33,231 nt of DNA from a virus. Its lineage: Duplodnaviria > Caudoviricetes. Under the pieces are notes generated by a model. It saw nothing but the letters and a program-made list of their open reading frames with translations, did no database searches and was not told where the DNA came from. A program made the position numbers and the translations under genes. Location: positions 1-33,231 of IMG/VR virus record IMGVR_UViG_3300005058_000153, one strand, 5' to 3'. Of this stretch, positions 24,924-33,231 are shown one piece after another (positions within the stretch are counted from its first letter, which is position 1; each line of letters begins with the position of its first letter).

Positions 24924-26333
24924 TTGGCTAAGAGCGTTTTAGATATTGTTATACGGACTATCAAAGATGGTGGTGGGGATAAAGAAGTTGTTAAATCTTT
25001 GGTGAGCATTAAAAGCGGAATCGGTACAGCGGTTTCTGCTTTTGCGGCTTTAACTGGTGCGGCGTATGCAGTAGATAAAGTGCTGGATATGACTGCTGGT
25101 AAGGCTGTGGAATATGCGAATAAAGTTGAGAAGGTTGCTAACGCCGAAGGTTTGACTGCGGAGGAAGCATCCCGCACGATTCAAGTGTTGGATGATTTGC
25201 GGGTTTCGTATGATGATTTAACCGCCAGTATTAGCAAAAATGCTCAAAAAACAGATTTTAGTGTAGAAGGTTTGGCGGCGGCTTCTGAAGCCTATTTGAA
25301 TCTTGGGACGATAGAAGAAAAGCAAGCCTTTGCACGCGAACGATACGGCAAGCAGTGGTCTGAATTTATGAAGGTGTTGGAAGCGGGACCTGACAAGATT
25401 CGGGCGATGAGTGAAGCGACGAATGAAGGGTTGGTTTTGACTGAGGAAAATATTGCGCAAGCCAGAGAGTACCAAATGGCTTTGGATGCTTGGAATGACT
25501 CTATTGATGCACTGACGACCTCTTTGGGCAATGATTTTTTACCAACCCTTACAACCATCACAATTGGTTTGGCTGAGAGTAATACTATCCGCGAACGCGC
25601 AAATCAGTTGTTGATGGAAGGTACAGCGGCAAACCGAGAAGAAGCGTTGGCACTTGCAAGTGCGACGGTTCAGGCGGAATATCATGCAAATGCATTAAAT
25701 CAACAAACTGTGGCATTGGATGAATCGGGGGATGCGGCGTTGAGGACTTCGGCAGATTACAGTGCATTGTTGGGGATGATGCAACAATTAAATGATGCGA
25801 CTGAGCAAGAGATTAAGAATATTGCTTATAAGCAATTACAAAGTGATTTAACTAAGAGTGGGAATGAGTTAACTGCTGAAGAAGCAGATTTACTGCGTGA
25901 TGCTGGGATTGAGATGGGAATCTTTACAGAGAAATCTGCGGCACAGGCTGAAGCGATTCAAGACTTGAATCGGCAATTAGCCGAAGGCACTATGGCATTA
26001 GATACTTATATTGCGAAATTAAATGAAATTCCTGACATAGTAACGGTAGAAGTGATTCAAACAGGGAATGTAAACGGGACAAATACTATAACATCACAGG
26101 CGACAGGTGGACCGCAACAAGCAGGTGAACCATATTTGGTGCACCAGGATGAAGTGATTGTGCCTGCTCAAAATGGGTACACGTTGACCCAGTCTGACGC
26201 GAGGCGGATTTTGGAGAGGGCTGTGTCAGGCGAGAATGGAAATCGAAGCGTTGTTATTTATGGTGGGTTGTCGGTGATTGTGCAGGGCGGGGTGCAAAAT
26301 GCTTTAGATGATATTAGCATGATGGTAGGGTAG
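24924..26333 (+). CDS. Tape measure protein (short)
   Basis: Ala-rich helical; C-terminal ATGG....G.PYLVH..EVIVP; TTG start with AAGGA RBS. Confidence 0.85.
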   Translation: MAKSVLDIVIRTIKDGGGDKEVVKSLVSIKSGIGTAVSAFAALTGAAYAVDKVLDMTAGKAVEYANKVEKVANAEGLTAEEASRTIQVLDDLRVSYDDLTASISKNAQKTDFSVEGLAAASEAYLNLGTIEEKQAFARERYGKQWSEFMKVLEAGPDKIRAMSEATNEGLVLTEENIAQAREYQMALDAWNDSIDALTTSLGNDFLPTLTTITIGLAESNTIRERANQLLMEGTAANREEALALASATVQAEYHANALNQQTVALDESGDAALRTSADYSALLGMMQQLNDATEQEIKNIAYKQLQSDLTKSGNELTAEEADLLRDAGIEMGIFTEKSAAQAEAIQDLNRQLAEGTMALDTYIAKLNEIPDIVTVEVIQTGNVNGTNTITSQATGGPQQAGEPYLVHQDEVIVPAQNGYTLTQSDARRILERAVSGENGNRSVVIYGGLSVIVQGGVQNALDDISMMVG

Positions 26334-26337
26334 GCTT

Positions 26338-28539
26338 ATGTTGCTAAATATCAAATCATGGAATGGTACGAACTTAAATGATTCAAATTTTGGGGCGTTT
26401 TTCCCGCATGGTCAACCAATGGGTGCGATGGCAAGACCTAGTTTTTCGGCACGTTCGCGCACGTTTGCTTTTCCTTCTTCTAAAGAAATTCAGGGTGTGA
26501 CTTTAAGTTTTCATGTGTTATGTTACGGAACTTTCCACGACCAATTTGAGACGCTTAAGGCGATGTTCCCTGTGGAGGGTGATGAAGGTTTTGCATTTGG
26601 GACGTTGGTTGTGCAAGACCAAGCGAACTCGAATAAAGAATGGTATGTAAAGGGTTATGCTATTTCTCCACCTGTGGTGGTGGGTGCAGGTGAATATGTT
26701 ATTACGTTGGCTTTGTATGAGCCATTGTGGCGGAGTGTGGCTGTAGCCAGTGCTAATTTAGATGTTTTGACTAGTGGTGATGATGTTAGTTTGAGCGTGG
26801 GTGGTAATTACCCTGCGAAACCAATTATTACTTTAACGATTGGTGGTGCGCGAGCAGGTGGGTTTGCTTATCGATGGTGGTTGCCAAGATATAACCCTTT
26901 AACAACGCGAGAGAGTGCAGAGCCATTATTGCTAACTAGCAGTTGGAATACTGCTAGTTTAATTAATGATACATCGAAGAGTAATCAGATTAATCAAAGT
27001 GGCGGGATTAGTAATACTACTTTGAGTATTCCGATTGATACACCTGTTGGGGGCGGTTTGAACACTGCGGGCGGGATGTGTTACGTTGGGACTGAGCAAA
27101 TTTATTACACATCTATCAACGCAGGTGTGATGACTGTATATGATAATGGAGCAGGTACGACTGGTAGAGGTTGGGGTGGGACGACTGCGACAAGCCACGC
27201 TGACAATGCTGTGATGGCGCAAAGCCAGATGATGGCGAATGGTCAGGATTTGCGGGTACAGGTTAACCGTGCGATTGTAGATATGTGGTTTGATGGAATC
27301 AATACATCTAATACGAAAGTGTGGATTAATCGCAAGTTTGCACCGTTGGTAAGTTTGACCCTTTTGGCAACTGGCTCTGGCAGTATTACGACTTTGAATT
27401 TTGAGAAGGTTGCGGCAAATGCTACGGCTTTGAAGAAGTTACCGAGCATATTCCCACTGTTTGTTGGCAATGAGGCGTTTTTGTGTCATATGCCGAACGC
27501 GGCAACTCATAGTTGTGTGGTGATTGAAAGAGGGTATCGAGGGACAACTCCTACAACTCATGCGGCAAAGGCTGTGGCTCGGTATATTGAGCATGATATT
27601 TATTTGATGTGGGGTAATCCAACTGTGGATGCACAAGTGGTTGATAATAGCCGTAAACCGATGTTAAATTTGAATACTTCGACAAATACATCTTGGGATT
27701 GGGATGAGTTTAGCGATGAATTGGGTTTGCGAAGTGCGGGTTGGATTGATTCATTGATTAAGAGTGCTGGGTTGACCTCACCCACGCCGACTTATTTATA
27801 CACTGAGAGTGAAGGTGGTTTTGCTGAACCTGCTGAAGTGATGGGGATTGCGGCACGGTCGTTTGTGGTGAACAATGCACCAAAAGCAGAAAGTTTTACG
27901 GCGCAGTGGATGATGTATCACCCTGCTGGTTTTACGCATATTACTGCGAGTGGAAAGAAGCGCAGGTTGACGGCGAATTGGCCTACGTTTGCGTTGTATA
28001 AAAGCGCGAATGGAAGCACGTTGACTGCAATTTACACTGAAGCAACACCTGCCAGTGCTGGTTCTTTTGTTGCTCTGAGTAGTCATAGTAATATTGCGTT
28101 GGGAACTGGTAGTTGGTTGTATCTCATCTTCCGTGGTACGGGTTCTTTGGGGGCAATTTTGAACAATGAGGCGGATAAGGAAATTTCAGATTTTACTGGA
28201 ACTATTACAAGCGCGAATGTTATTCAAAACGCTTTTGCGACTACGCCTGAAAATAGTTATTATCTGGATGCGGTGATTGGCATTACTGAAACTGGTGAAA
28301 CTATTCGTTTGCGGGGAACGTGTAAGGTGGGAAGTGTGATTGTGATTGATTGTGATGCTGAAACTTTAACTGTGGATGGCAATGAAAGCGGTGTTGATAT
28401 TGATTGGAATAGCATCCGCTTGGGATGGTTGGATTTGCCATCACCAAAACAATCATCTACTTGTACGCTTTATTACATAGAAGAAGGTGTTGCGGATGTT
28501 GAGATGGATGTTGAACACGAGGACAGGAATACGTTATGA
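26338..28539 (+). CDS. Distal tail (Dit-like) protein with large insertions
   Basis: Follows TMP; EPLW, GNYPAKP.I and IVIDC..ET..VDG Dit-like motifs flank the insertion. Confidence 0.7.
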   Translation: MLLNIKSWNGTNLNDSNFGAFFPHGQPMGAMARPSFSARSRTFAFPSSKEIQGVTLSFHVLCYGTFHDQFETLKAMFPVEGDEGFAFGTLVVQDQANSNKEWYVKGYAISPPVVVGAGEYVITLALYEPLWRSVAVASANLDVLTSGDDVSLSVGGNYPAKPIITLTIGGARAGGFAYRWWLPRYNPLTTRESAEPLLLTSSWNTASLINDTSKSNQINQSGGISNTTLSIPIDTPVGGGLNTAGGMCYVGTEQIYYTSINAGVMTVYDNGAGTTGRGWGGTTATSHADNAVMAQSQMMANGQDLRVQVNRAIVDMWFDGINTSNTKVWINRKFAPLVSLTLLATGSGSITTLNFEKVAANATALKKLPSIFPLFVGNEAFLCHMPNAATHSCVVIERGYRGTTPTTHAAKAVARYIEHDIYLMWGNPTVDAQVVDNSRKPMLNLNTSTNTSWDWDEFSDELGLRSAGWIDSLIKSAGLTSPTPTYLYTESEGGFAEPAEVMGIAARSFVVNNAPKAESFTAQWMMYHPAGFTHITASGKKRRLTANWPTFALYKSANGSTLTAIYTEATPASAGSFVALSSHSNIALGTGSWLYLIFRGTGSLGAILNNEADKEISDFTGTITSANVIQNAFATTPENSYYLDAVIGITETGETIRLRGTCKVGSVIVIDCDAETLTVDGNESGVDIDWNSIRLGWLDLPSPKQSSTCTLYYIEEGVADVEMDVEHEDRNTL

Positions 28540-29573
28540 GTTATTCGAGAGTGTCTTTGCATCGCCGCCAAGATGGGGCTTTTATTACTACGATTCATAC
28601 GGAAACCGTGCGAAGTTGGGTTAAGAACGATTACGGTGAGTGTGACTTTCCTTTATCACAAAGTGATTTTAAGGCGGTGCGGAAGTACCTTGAACTTGGC
28701 ACATTGGTTTATATAGAGCATGACGATTTGCCGCCGTGGGGTGGGAAGATATTGCCACCATTTTCTTTTAATGACGATGGTGAAATTGTTGTAAAGGCTT
28801 ATAGCGGTGAGGCATTTTTTAGGTTGCGACGAACGCCGTGGAGTGTGTTGTGGAAGGCGAATAGTGCGGGTGCTTTGTTTCGGCGATTTGTGGTTGAAGC
28901 AAACCGAGTAGAAGATTTGTTAATTCGACCTGGGGCGATTTGGGAAGGTGGGAGTGCGGCAGAAGATACGCAAGATGGGCGTTTGATGTTTGACCATATT
29001 CAGGCTTTGGTGAAAAACCGAAAGCATGTGTGGAGTGTGGAGCCTGTTTTGGATAAAGAGATAGGTAGATTGTATTGGGAGGCGAATTACGCTGAGCGAA
29101 TGGGCGTGGATTTAGATTTTTGGTTGAAGGAAGGTTTGAATTTAGAAAAGCGATCGCAACCTTTGCGATTGCAGAGATGGCCCGTGAATGATTTGTTTGG
29201 GATTGGGCAGGGTTCGGATGGAAACCGCCCTGTGTTTAATGCGATTGATGCGGAAAGCCGCGCTCGATATGGGTTGATGCAAGGGTCGCAAGATTTTGAC
29301 AATATTGATTTGGCTGGTGTGAAAGCAAATACACTGGCTACTTTGAAGGAAGTGCGCCACCCACGTGAGACTTGGCAATTAACTTTGTTGAATAAAAATG
29401 GTGTTTTTCGACGTGCTCGAACAGGGAATACGTTGCCATTGAAAACGCAGACGATTGGTTTTTTTAGTGACAATGAATATGGTAATGAAGGGCGGGTTGA
29501 GGTTATTGGGATGCGCTATTCTGATAATAGCGACAAGATGGATATTAATACAGACACGGTGTTTTATGAATAG
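28536..29573 (+). CDS. Tail tip/baseplate hub protein
   Basis: WGG.I, DAESRARYG motifs; follows Dit. Confidence 0.65.
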   Translation: MSYSRVSLHRRQDGAFITTIHTETVRSWVKNDYGECDFPLSQSDFKAVRKYLELGTLVYIEHDDLPPWGGKILPPFSFNDDGEIVVKAYSGEAFFRLRRTPWSVLWKANSAGALFRRFVVEANRVEDLLIRPGAIWEGGSAAEDTQDGRLMFDHIQALVKNRKHVWSVEPVLDKEIGRLYWEANYAERMGVDLDFWLKEGLNLEKRSQPLRLQRWPVNDLFGIGQGSDGNRPVFNAIDAESRARYGLMQGSQDFDNIDLAGVKANTLATLKEVRHPRETWQLTLLNKNGVFRRARTGNTLPLKTQTIGFFSDNEYGNEGRVEVIGMRYSDNSDKMDINTDTVFYE

Positions 29574-31098
29574 TTCATTTGATAGAAGTGCTTATGAAGG
29601 GAATGCGTATGATGAGTTGCGGGCTTCGCGTGTGATGGCGCGGAGTGCTTTGCGGCGGAATGTGCGTTTAACAGAACTTAGTAATGCTAGTGATGATATT
29701 GGAGAACTCGCGCTCCGAGCGGTTGATGAAAATGGTATTACACGTTCTATTTTGAGCGCGATTAATTTGATTGAGGAAATTGGGGTTAATGCTTATTTGG
29801 CTTTGCTTAATTCATCGGGGGTGCCGCAGGTGTGGGGGAGTGGGGATGATGGAAGTTTGGCGGCGATGGCTGGGAATTGGAAGGTGGATAGTACGGGGCA
29901 GAGTATGACGGGTTTGTTGTTCCCGCTGTATTTTATTGCTACGAATGATGGTGAGCAGAGGCAGGCTTGGCTTGGGTTGTATTTGCCACAAGGTGGTAGT
30001 GTGCCTGTGTTTGGGATTATTTTTACTGGACCCGATGGTGAGAATTTGGTTACGAATGGGGATGGCAGTGATTTGACGGGTTGGACTGATGCAGAAGGGG
30101 ATTGGGAGGTGACAACGGATAATGCTTATTCGGAGAGTTACCCTTATAGTTTTAGGCATATTGGCGCGGGTGAGTTTCCTGGTTACTTAAAAAAGAATAT
30201 TTCTGTGACTGCGGGTGATATTCTTTCATTTGGGTACGCATCATTTTTGCAATCTGGGATTTTGAGTGGACGGGCAAGGCTCAAGTGGAAAAACGGCGGC
30301 GGGACAGTGATACAGACTGACACGTTGTTTGGAAGCGGTGGGGCTTGGGTTTATAGTCAACAAAGTTATGTTGCACCTGCGACTGCGGCGAGTGTTGACA
30401 TTGAGTTTGATGCGGGCGACCCATTCAATGTTTTGCAAATTACGTTTATACAATTATTTGTGCAAAGTGTAAGTACTGAAATCCGTTTGAGTGACGGCGC
30501 AATTACGGCGATTGTAGATGGTGTGGAATATGATTTATTAGGCGGAAACAAAATTGGCTACATACCTTATGCCTACCCGATTGGATATAGTGGCACAGTA
30601 GTTAATGCTAGTTTAACTGGTGTTACCTTAGCGGCAAATGGTGGCGTAGCGGCTTACCCTGTGATGCTTTCGGCGCGGATGCTTTTAGATTCTGTTACGG
30701 TTACAAACTTAAACACCGCTACACAAAGGGCTTGGAATTGGGCATTATTTAAGGATGCAAACGCAAATACTTTAGATAGAGTTGCTTTTGGTGCGTCTGC
30801 TGAAACATTTACACCATCGGCTATTTCAGCGAGAACGATTACGGCAAATAATGCGCCCGTGACCCTAGAAGCGGGTTTATATTGGATTGTGATTCAATGT
30901 ACTCATGCTTCTAATAATTTTTCGCTTGGCTCGGAGGGAGCGGCAAATACGTTAGGCAAAGAGATGGGACAGAAAAAAACGGTGACCAACCCTGTTGGTT
31001 CAACGCTTGATTTTGTGGCGGCGACTTGGACTAAGAATAATGACCCCGCATCTATTCGATTGAATGGACGTGTATTTGGTCAAAGCGCGGCGTTTTAA
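29566..31098 (+). CDS. Tail fiber/receptor-binding protein with carbohydrate-binding-like domain
   Basis: NLVTNGD...LTGW CBM-like motif; ATG at 29566 overlapping upstream stop preferred to 29455. Confidence 0.65.
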   Translation: MNSSFDRSAYEGNAYDELRASRVMARSALRRNVRLTELSNASDDIGELALRAVDENGITRSILSAINLIEEIGVNAYLALLNSSGVPQVWGSGDDGSLAAMAGNWKVDSTGQSMTGLLFPLYFIATNDGEQRQAWLGLYLPQGGSVPVFGIIFTGPDGENLVTNGDGSDLTGWTDAEGDWEVTTDNAYSESYPYSFRHIGAGEFPGYLKKNISVTAGDILSFGYASFLQSGILSGRARLKWKNGGGTVIQTDTLFGSGGAWVYSQQSYVAPATAASVDIEFDAGDPFNVLQITFIQLFVQSVSTEIRLSDGAITAIVDGVEYDLLGGNKIGYIPYAYPIGYSGTVVNASLTGVTLAANGGVAAYPVMLSARMLLDSVTVTNLNTATQRAWNWALFKDANANTLDRVAFGASAETFTPSAISARTITANNAPVTLEAGLYWIVIQCTHASNNFSLGSEGAANTLGKEMGQKKTVTNPVGSTLDFVAATWTKNNDPASIRLNGRVFGQSAAF

Positions 31099-31349
31099 TG
31101 AAGCGATTTACTATTTCTCTTGTATTGGTTTTGTTTGTGGTCTCGGCGGTATTTTCATATTACTCGGCGGAGTGTATGAAATATGGATTTGATTTTGCCT
31201 TATTTAGCGTGCAAGGCGTGATTTGCACGGCAAATATTCCGCATTTGAAGTACCCGCACATGCTGTTGCGTGATGTGATAGAGCGTGAGAATACACCGAA
31301 GAAATATAACCCGATGCGGAATGACCCCTTGCCAGAAAAGGATATTTAG
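31098..31349 (+). CDS. Small exported/membrane protein
   Basis: MKR + hydrophobic signal-like N-terminus; TAATG coupling. Confidence 0.6.
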   Translation: MKRFTISLVLVLFVVSAVFSYYSAECMKYGFDFALFSVQGVICTANIPHLKYPHMLLRDVIERENTPKKYNPMRNDPLPEKDI

Positions 31350-31351
31350 AT

Positions 31352-32065
31352 ATGGGCGTTAAATTTGATAATAGCGGAACTAAGTATGTAAAGTTTGCTA
31401 CACCAACCAATGCACTTGGAAATGTGTCAAAATCAATTTTCTTGAACTATTACCATGTTGCAACGCCTTCTGGGTTTGGAACTTTGTGGACTATTTTCGA
31501 TGGAACAGGAACAGATTCGGATGAATATAATTTTATTGCGGTTACGCCAAGTGACCCCTTGAAAGTGCGTTTTTTCGCCCATTTCTCGACAACTGGCGGA
31601 GTATGGCGTAGCACAAATAATGTATTGACGGAGGGAGCAGAAAATAAAATAATGATTACTTACAACGGTGCAAGTGTTGCAAATGACCCTATTATCTATG
31701 TTAATGGGGTATCTGTGGCTGTGACAGAAGTTCAAACGCCCGTAGGCACTTATCGCGCTGGTTTGAATACCGATTTATATATTGGTACACCTATAAATGG
31801 ATTTAACCCAAATGGTTATGTTAGAGACCAACGTATTTATACTGGCATCAAAACAGCGGCACAAGCGGCGAATATTGCCAATGAAAACATAAAGACCAAC
31901 GCGCAGATTGACGAAAGTGGACTTGTTTTTCATGCGCCTTTGGTGATGTGTAAGGGGTTGACCTATCCTACTTATGTTGGCTCGACTTTGAGTGCGTCAA
32001 ATGAGTTTATAGACCGAGTTAATGGTTATTTGGGTGTGCCGAGTGGTAGCCCTGTGGGAGCGTGA
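31352..32065 (+). CDS. LamG/concanavalin-like domain protein
   Basis: IMITYNG...IYVNG...LYIG...NGYVRDQRIY. Confidence 0.75.
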   Translation: MGVKFDNSGTKYVKFATPTNALGNVSKSIFLNYYHVATPSGFGTLWTIFDGTGTDSDEYNFIAVTPSDPLKVRFFAHFSTTGGVWRSTNNVLTEGAENKIMITYNGASVANDPIIYVNGVSVAVTEVQTPVGTYRAGLNTDLYIGTPINGFNPNGYVRDQRIYTGIKTAAQAANIANENIKTNAQIDESGLVFHAPLVMCKGLTYPTYVGSTLSASNEFIDRVNGYLGVPSGSPVGA

Positions 32066-33231
32066 ATATGAAAAATAAAAAATCTCTAATCGCTACAATC
32101 TCGACCGTTGCACTACTTAGTGCATTATTCTTTTTCCAGTCGTCAGACTGGACAGGTGAGATACCAACGTCAAACAGCACAAATAACGATATTGTGCTAA
32201 CTGGCACGCAAGTTAATTACACTGTCCCCCAAAGTGGGACGGCAAGTAATCCAGTTGTAGTATATGGCATAAATGCCACTTGTGTAAACGTGGATAAAAA
32301 TTATGTCATTCTTGTTGCCCCGCGTTCTGTGGGATGCACGGGGCATGGAATTTTGATTACGGGTAAATATGTATCCGTGCTGGATGGATACGTTAAGAAC
32401 GCAGAATCAGACTATCTACGAGTAGATAAGTTAGGATGCACGCAAACAGACCAACAACAATGGGGAAGCGGTTTGAAAGTCATGGTTGGAGGCGAGAATA
32501 TCCTTTTGCGCGGGAATACAGTCATTGAGAATTGTGGCGAGGGTATTGCCGTCACTCGTGGCGTGAATGTGATTGTAGAAAATAATTACGTCCGCGATAA
32601 TTTCAGTGTGAATATCTATATAGATAATTCTAAAAATGTGATTGTGCGAAACAATGAATCTGTTTGCACGGGAATATTTTTACGAAACAACAAACGTGCT
32701 GGCGGGATTGTAACGGGCGAGGAGTATTATGCGGGCTGGGGGGCGCAAAGGAATAATACCTTTATTGAGAACAACTACGTTACGGGTTGCCATAACGGGT
32801 TTTCGTCCTCTCTTACAGAACCAGAGATTAGAGACGTGGGCGGGGAGCGAAATTTGACTTTGGTAAATAATGTGTTCGAGAATACCACTGGTAATGTGTC
32901 TATATTCTTGCAAGCAAGGAACGAGAATGTTGTTTTATGTAATAACACAAGAGATAAGAGTTTGTATATCTCTTACCCTGCTGGGGTGATTCAGTCCTGT
33001 GCGCCGTTGACTGGCACGCCGAATGTAACGCCTGTTACATCTACGCCGACCAATGTAACAAATACGCCGACATTTACAATAACGCCAACAAGAACGCCAA
33101 CTAGGACGGTTACAGTAAGCCCGACTTTTACACACACGCCGACAAGCACTTTACCAAGTGCTAAACCTACTGTTTTGTGGGAGTGTGTTGTGACTCCATT
33201 GGTGAAAATTGAATGTAAGGTGAAACCGTAA
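32062..33231 (+). CDS. Exported right-handed beta-helix (pectate-lyase-like) protein with Pro/Thr-rich tail
   Basis: Signal/TM N-terminus; repeated N..V.NN PbH1-like turns; TPT repeats. Confidence 0.75.
   Translation: MNMKNKKSLIATISTVALLSALFFFQSSDWTGEIPTSNSTNNDIVLTGTQVNYTVPQSGTASNPVVVYGINATCVNVDKNYVILVAPRSVGCTGHGILITGKYVSVLDGYVKNAESDYLRVDKLGCTQTDQQQWGSGLKVMVGGENILLRGNTVIENCGEGIAVTRGVNVIVENNYVRDNFSVNIYIDNSKNVIVRNNESVCTGIFLRNNKRAGGIVTGEEYYAGWGAQRNNTFIENNYVTGCHNGFSSSLTEPEIRDVGGERNLTLVNNVFENTTGNVSIFLQARNENVVLCNNTRDKSLYISYPAGVIQSCAPLTGTPNVTPVTSTPTNVTNTPTFTITPTRTPTRTVTVSPTFTHTPTSTLPSAKPTVLWECVVTPLVKIECKVKP

Larger units (their letters stand above)
1..33231 (+). mobile_element. Siphovirus-like phage/prophage segment (replication, packaging, head and tail modules); ends not visible
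   Basis: Colinear terminase-portal-protease-capsid-neck-tail tube-chaperone-tape measure-tail tip genes plus a DnaD/DnaC replication pair, all on +. Confidence 0.95.

Noticed and set aside
26338..33231. Diversity-generating retroelement targeting tail genes
   Set aside because: No reverse transcriptase, and I saw no TR/VR-like repeat pair in the window.

Overview
A 33-kb segment of a tailed (siphovirus-like) phage or prophage with all credible genes on the + strand. Thr/Ala/Pro-rich exported proteins suggest a Chloroflexi-like host (inference). Gene order: small early genes; a lipoprotein-anchored FtsK/TraB-like ATPase next to a membrane protein with AGCGAC direct repeats; a DnaD-type initiator with iterons and a DnaC-like loader; a MazG-like gene; then a complete integron, followed by HNH/terminase, portal, S49 protease, capsid, neck and tail genes. 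The integron is the standout. An intact-looking IntI (8884-9864) is translationally coupled to the replication operon. Its attI overlaps the intI stop codon, and a co-oriented array of five cassettes follows, with four intact attC sites and one split attC. The cassette ORFs read through their attC sites, and one encodes a C5 DNA methyltransferase. Two copies of a covarying terminator/antiterminator-like leader precede late genes. Product calls come from motif recognition and synteny only; no searches were run.
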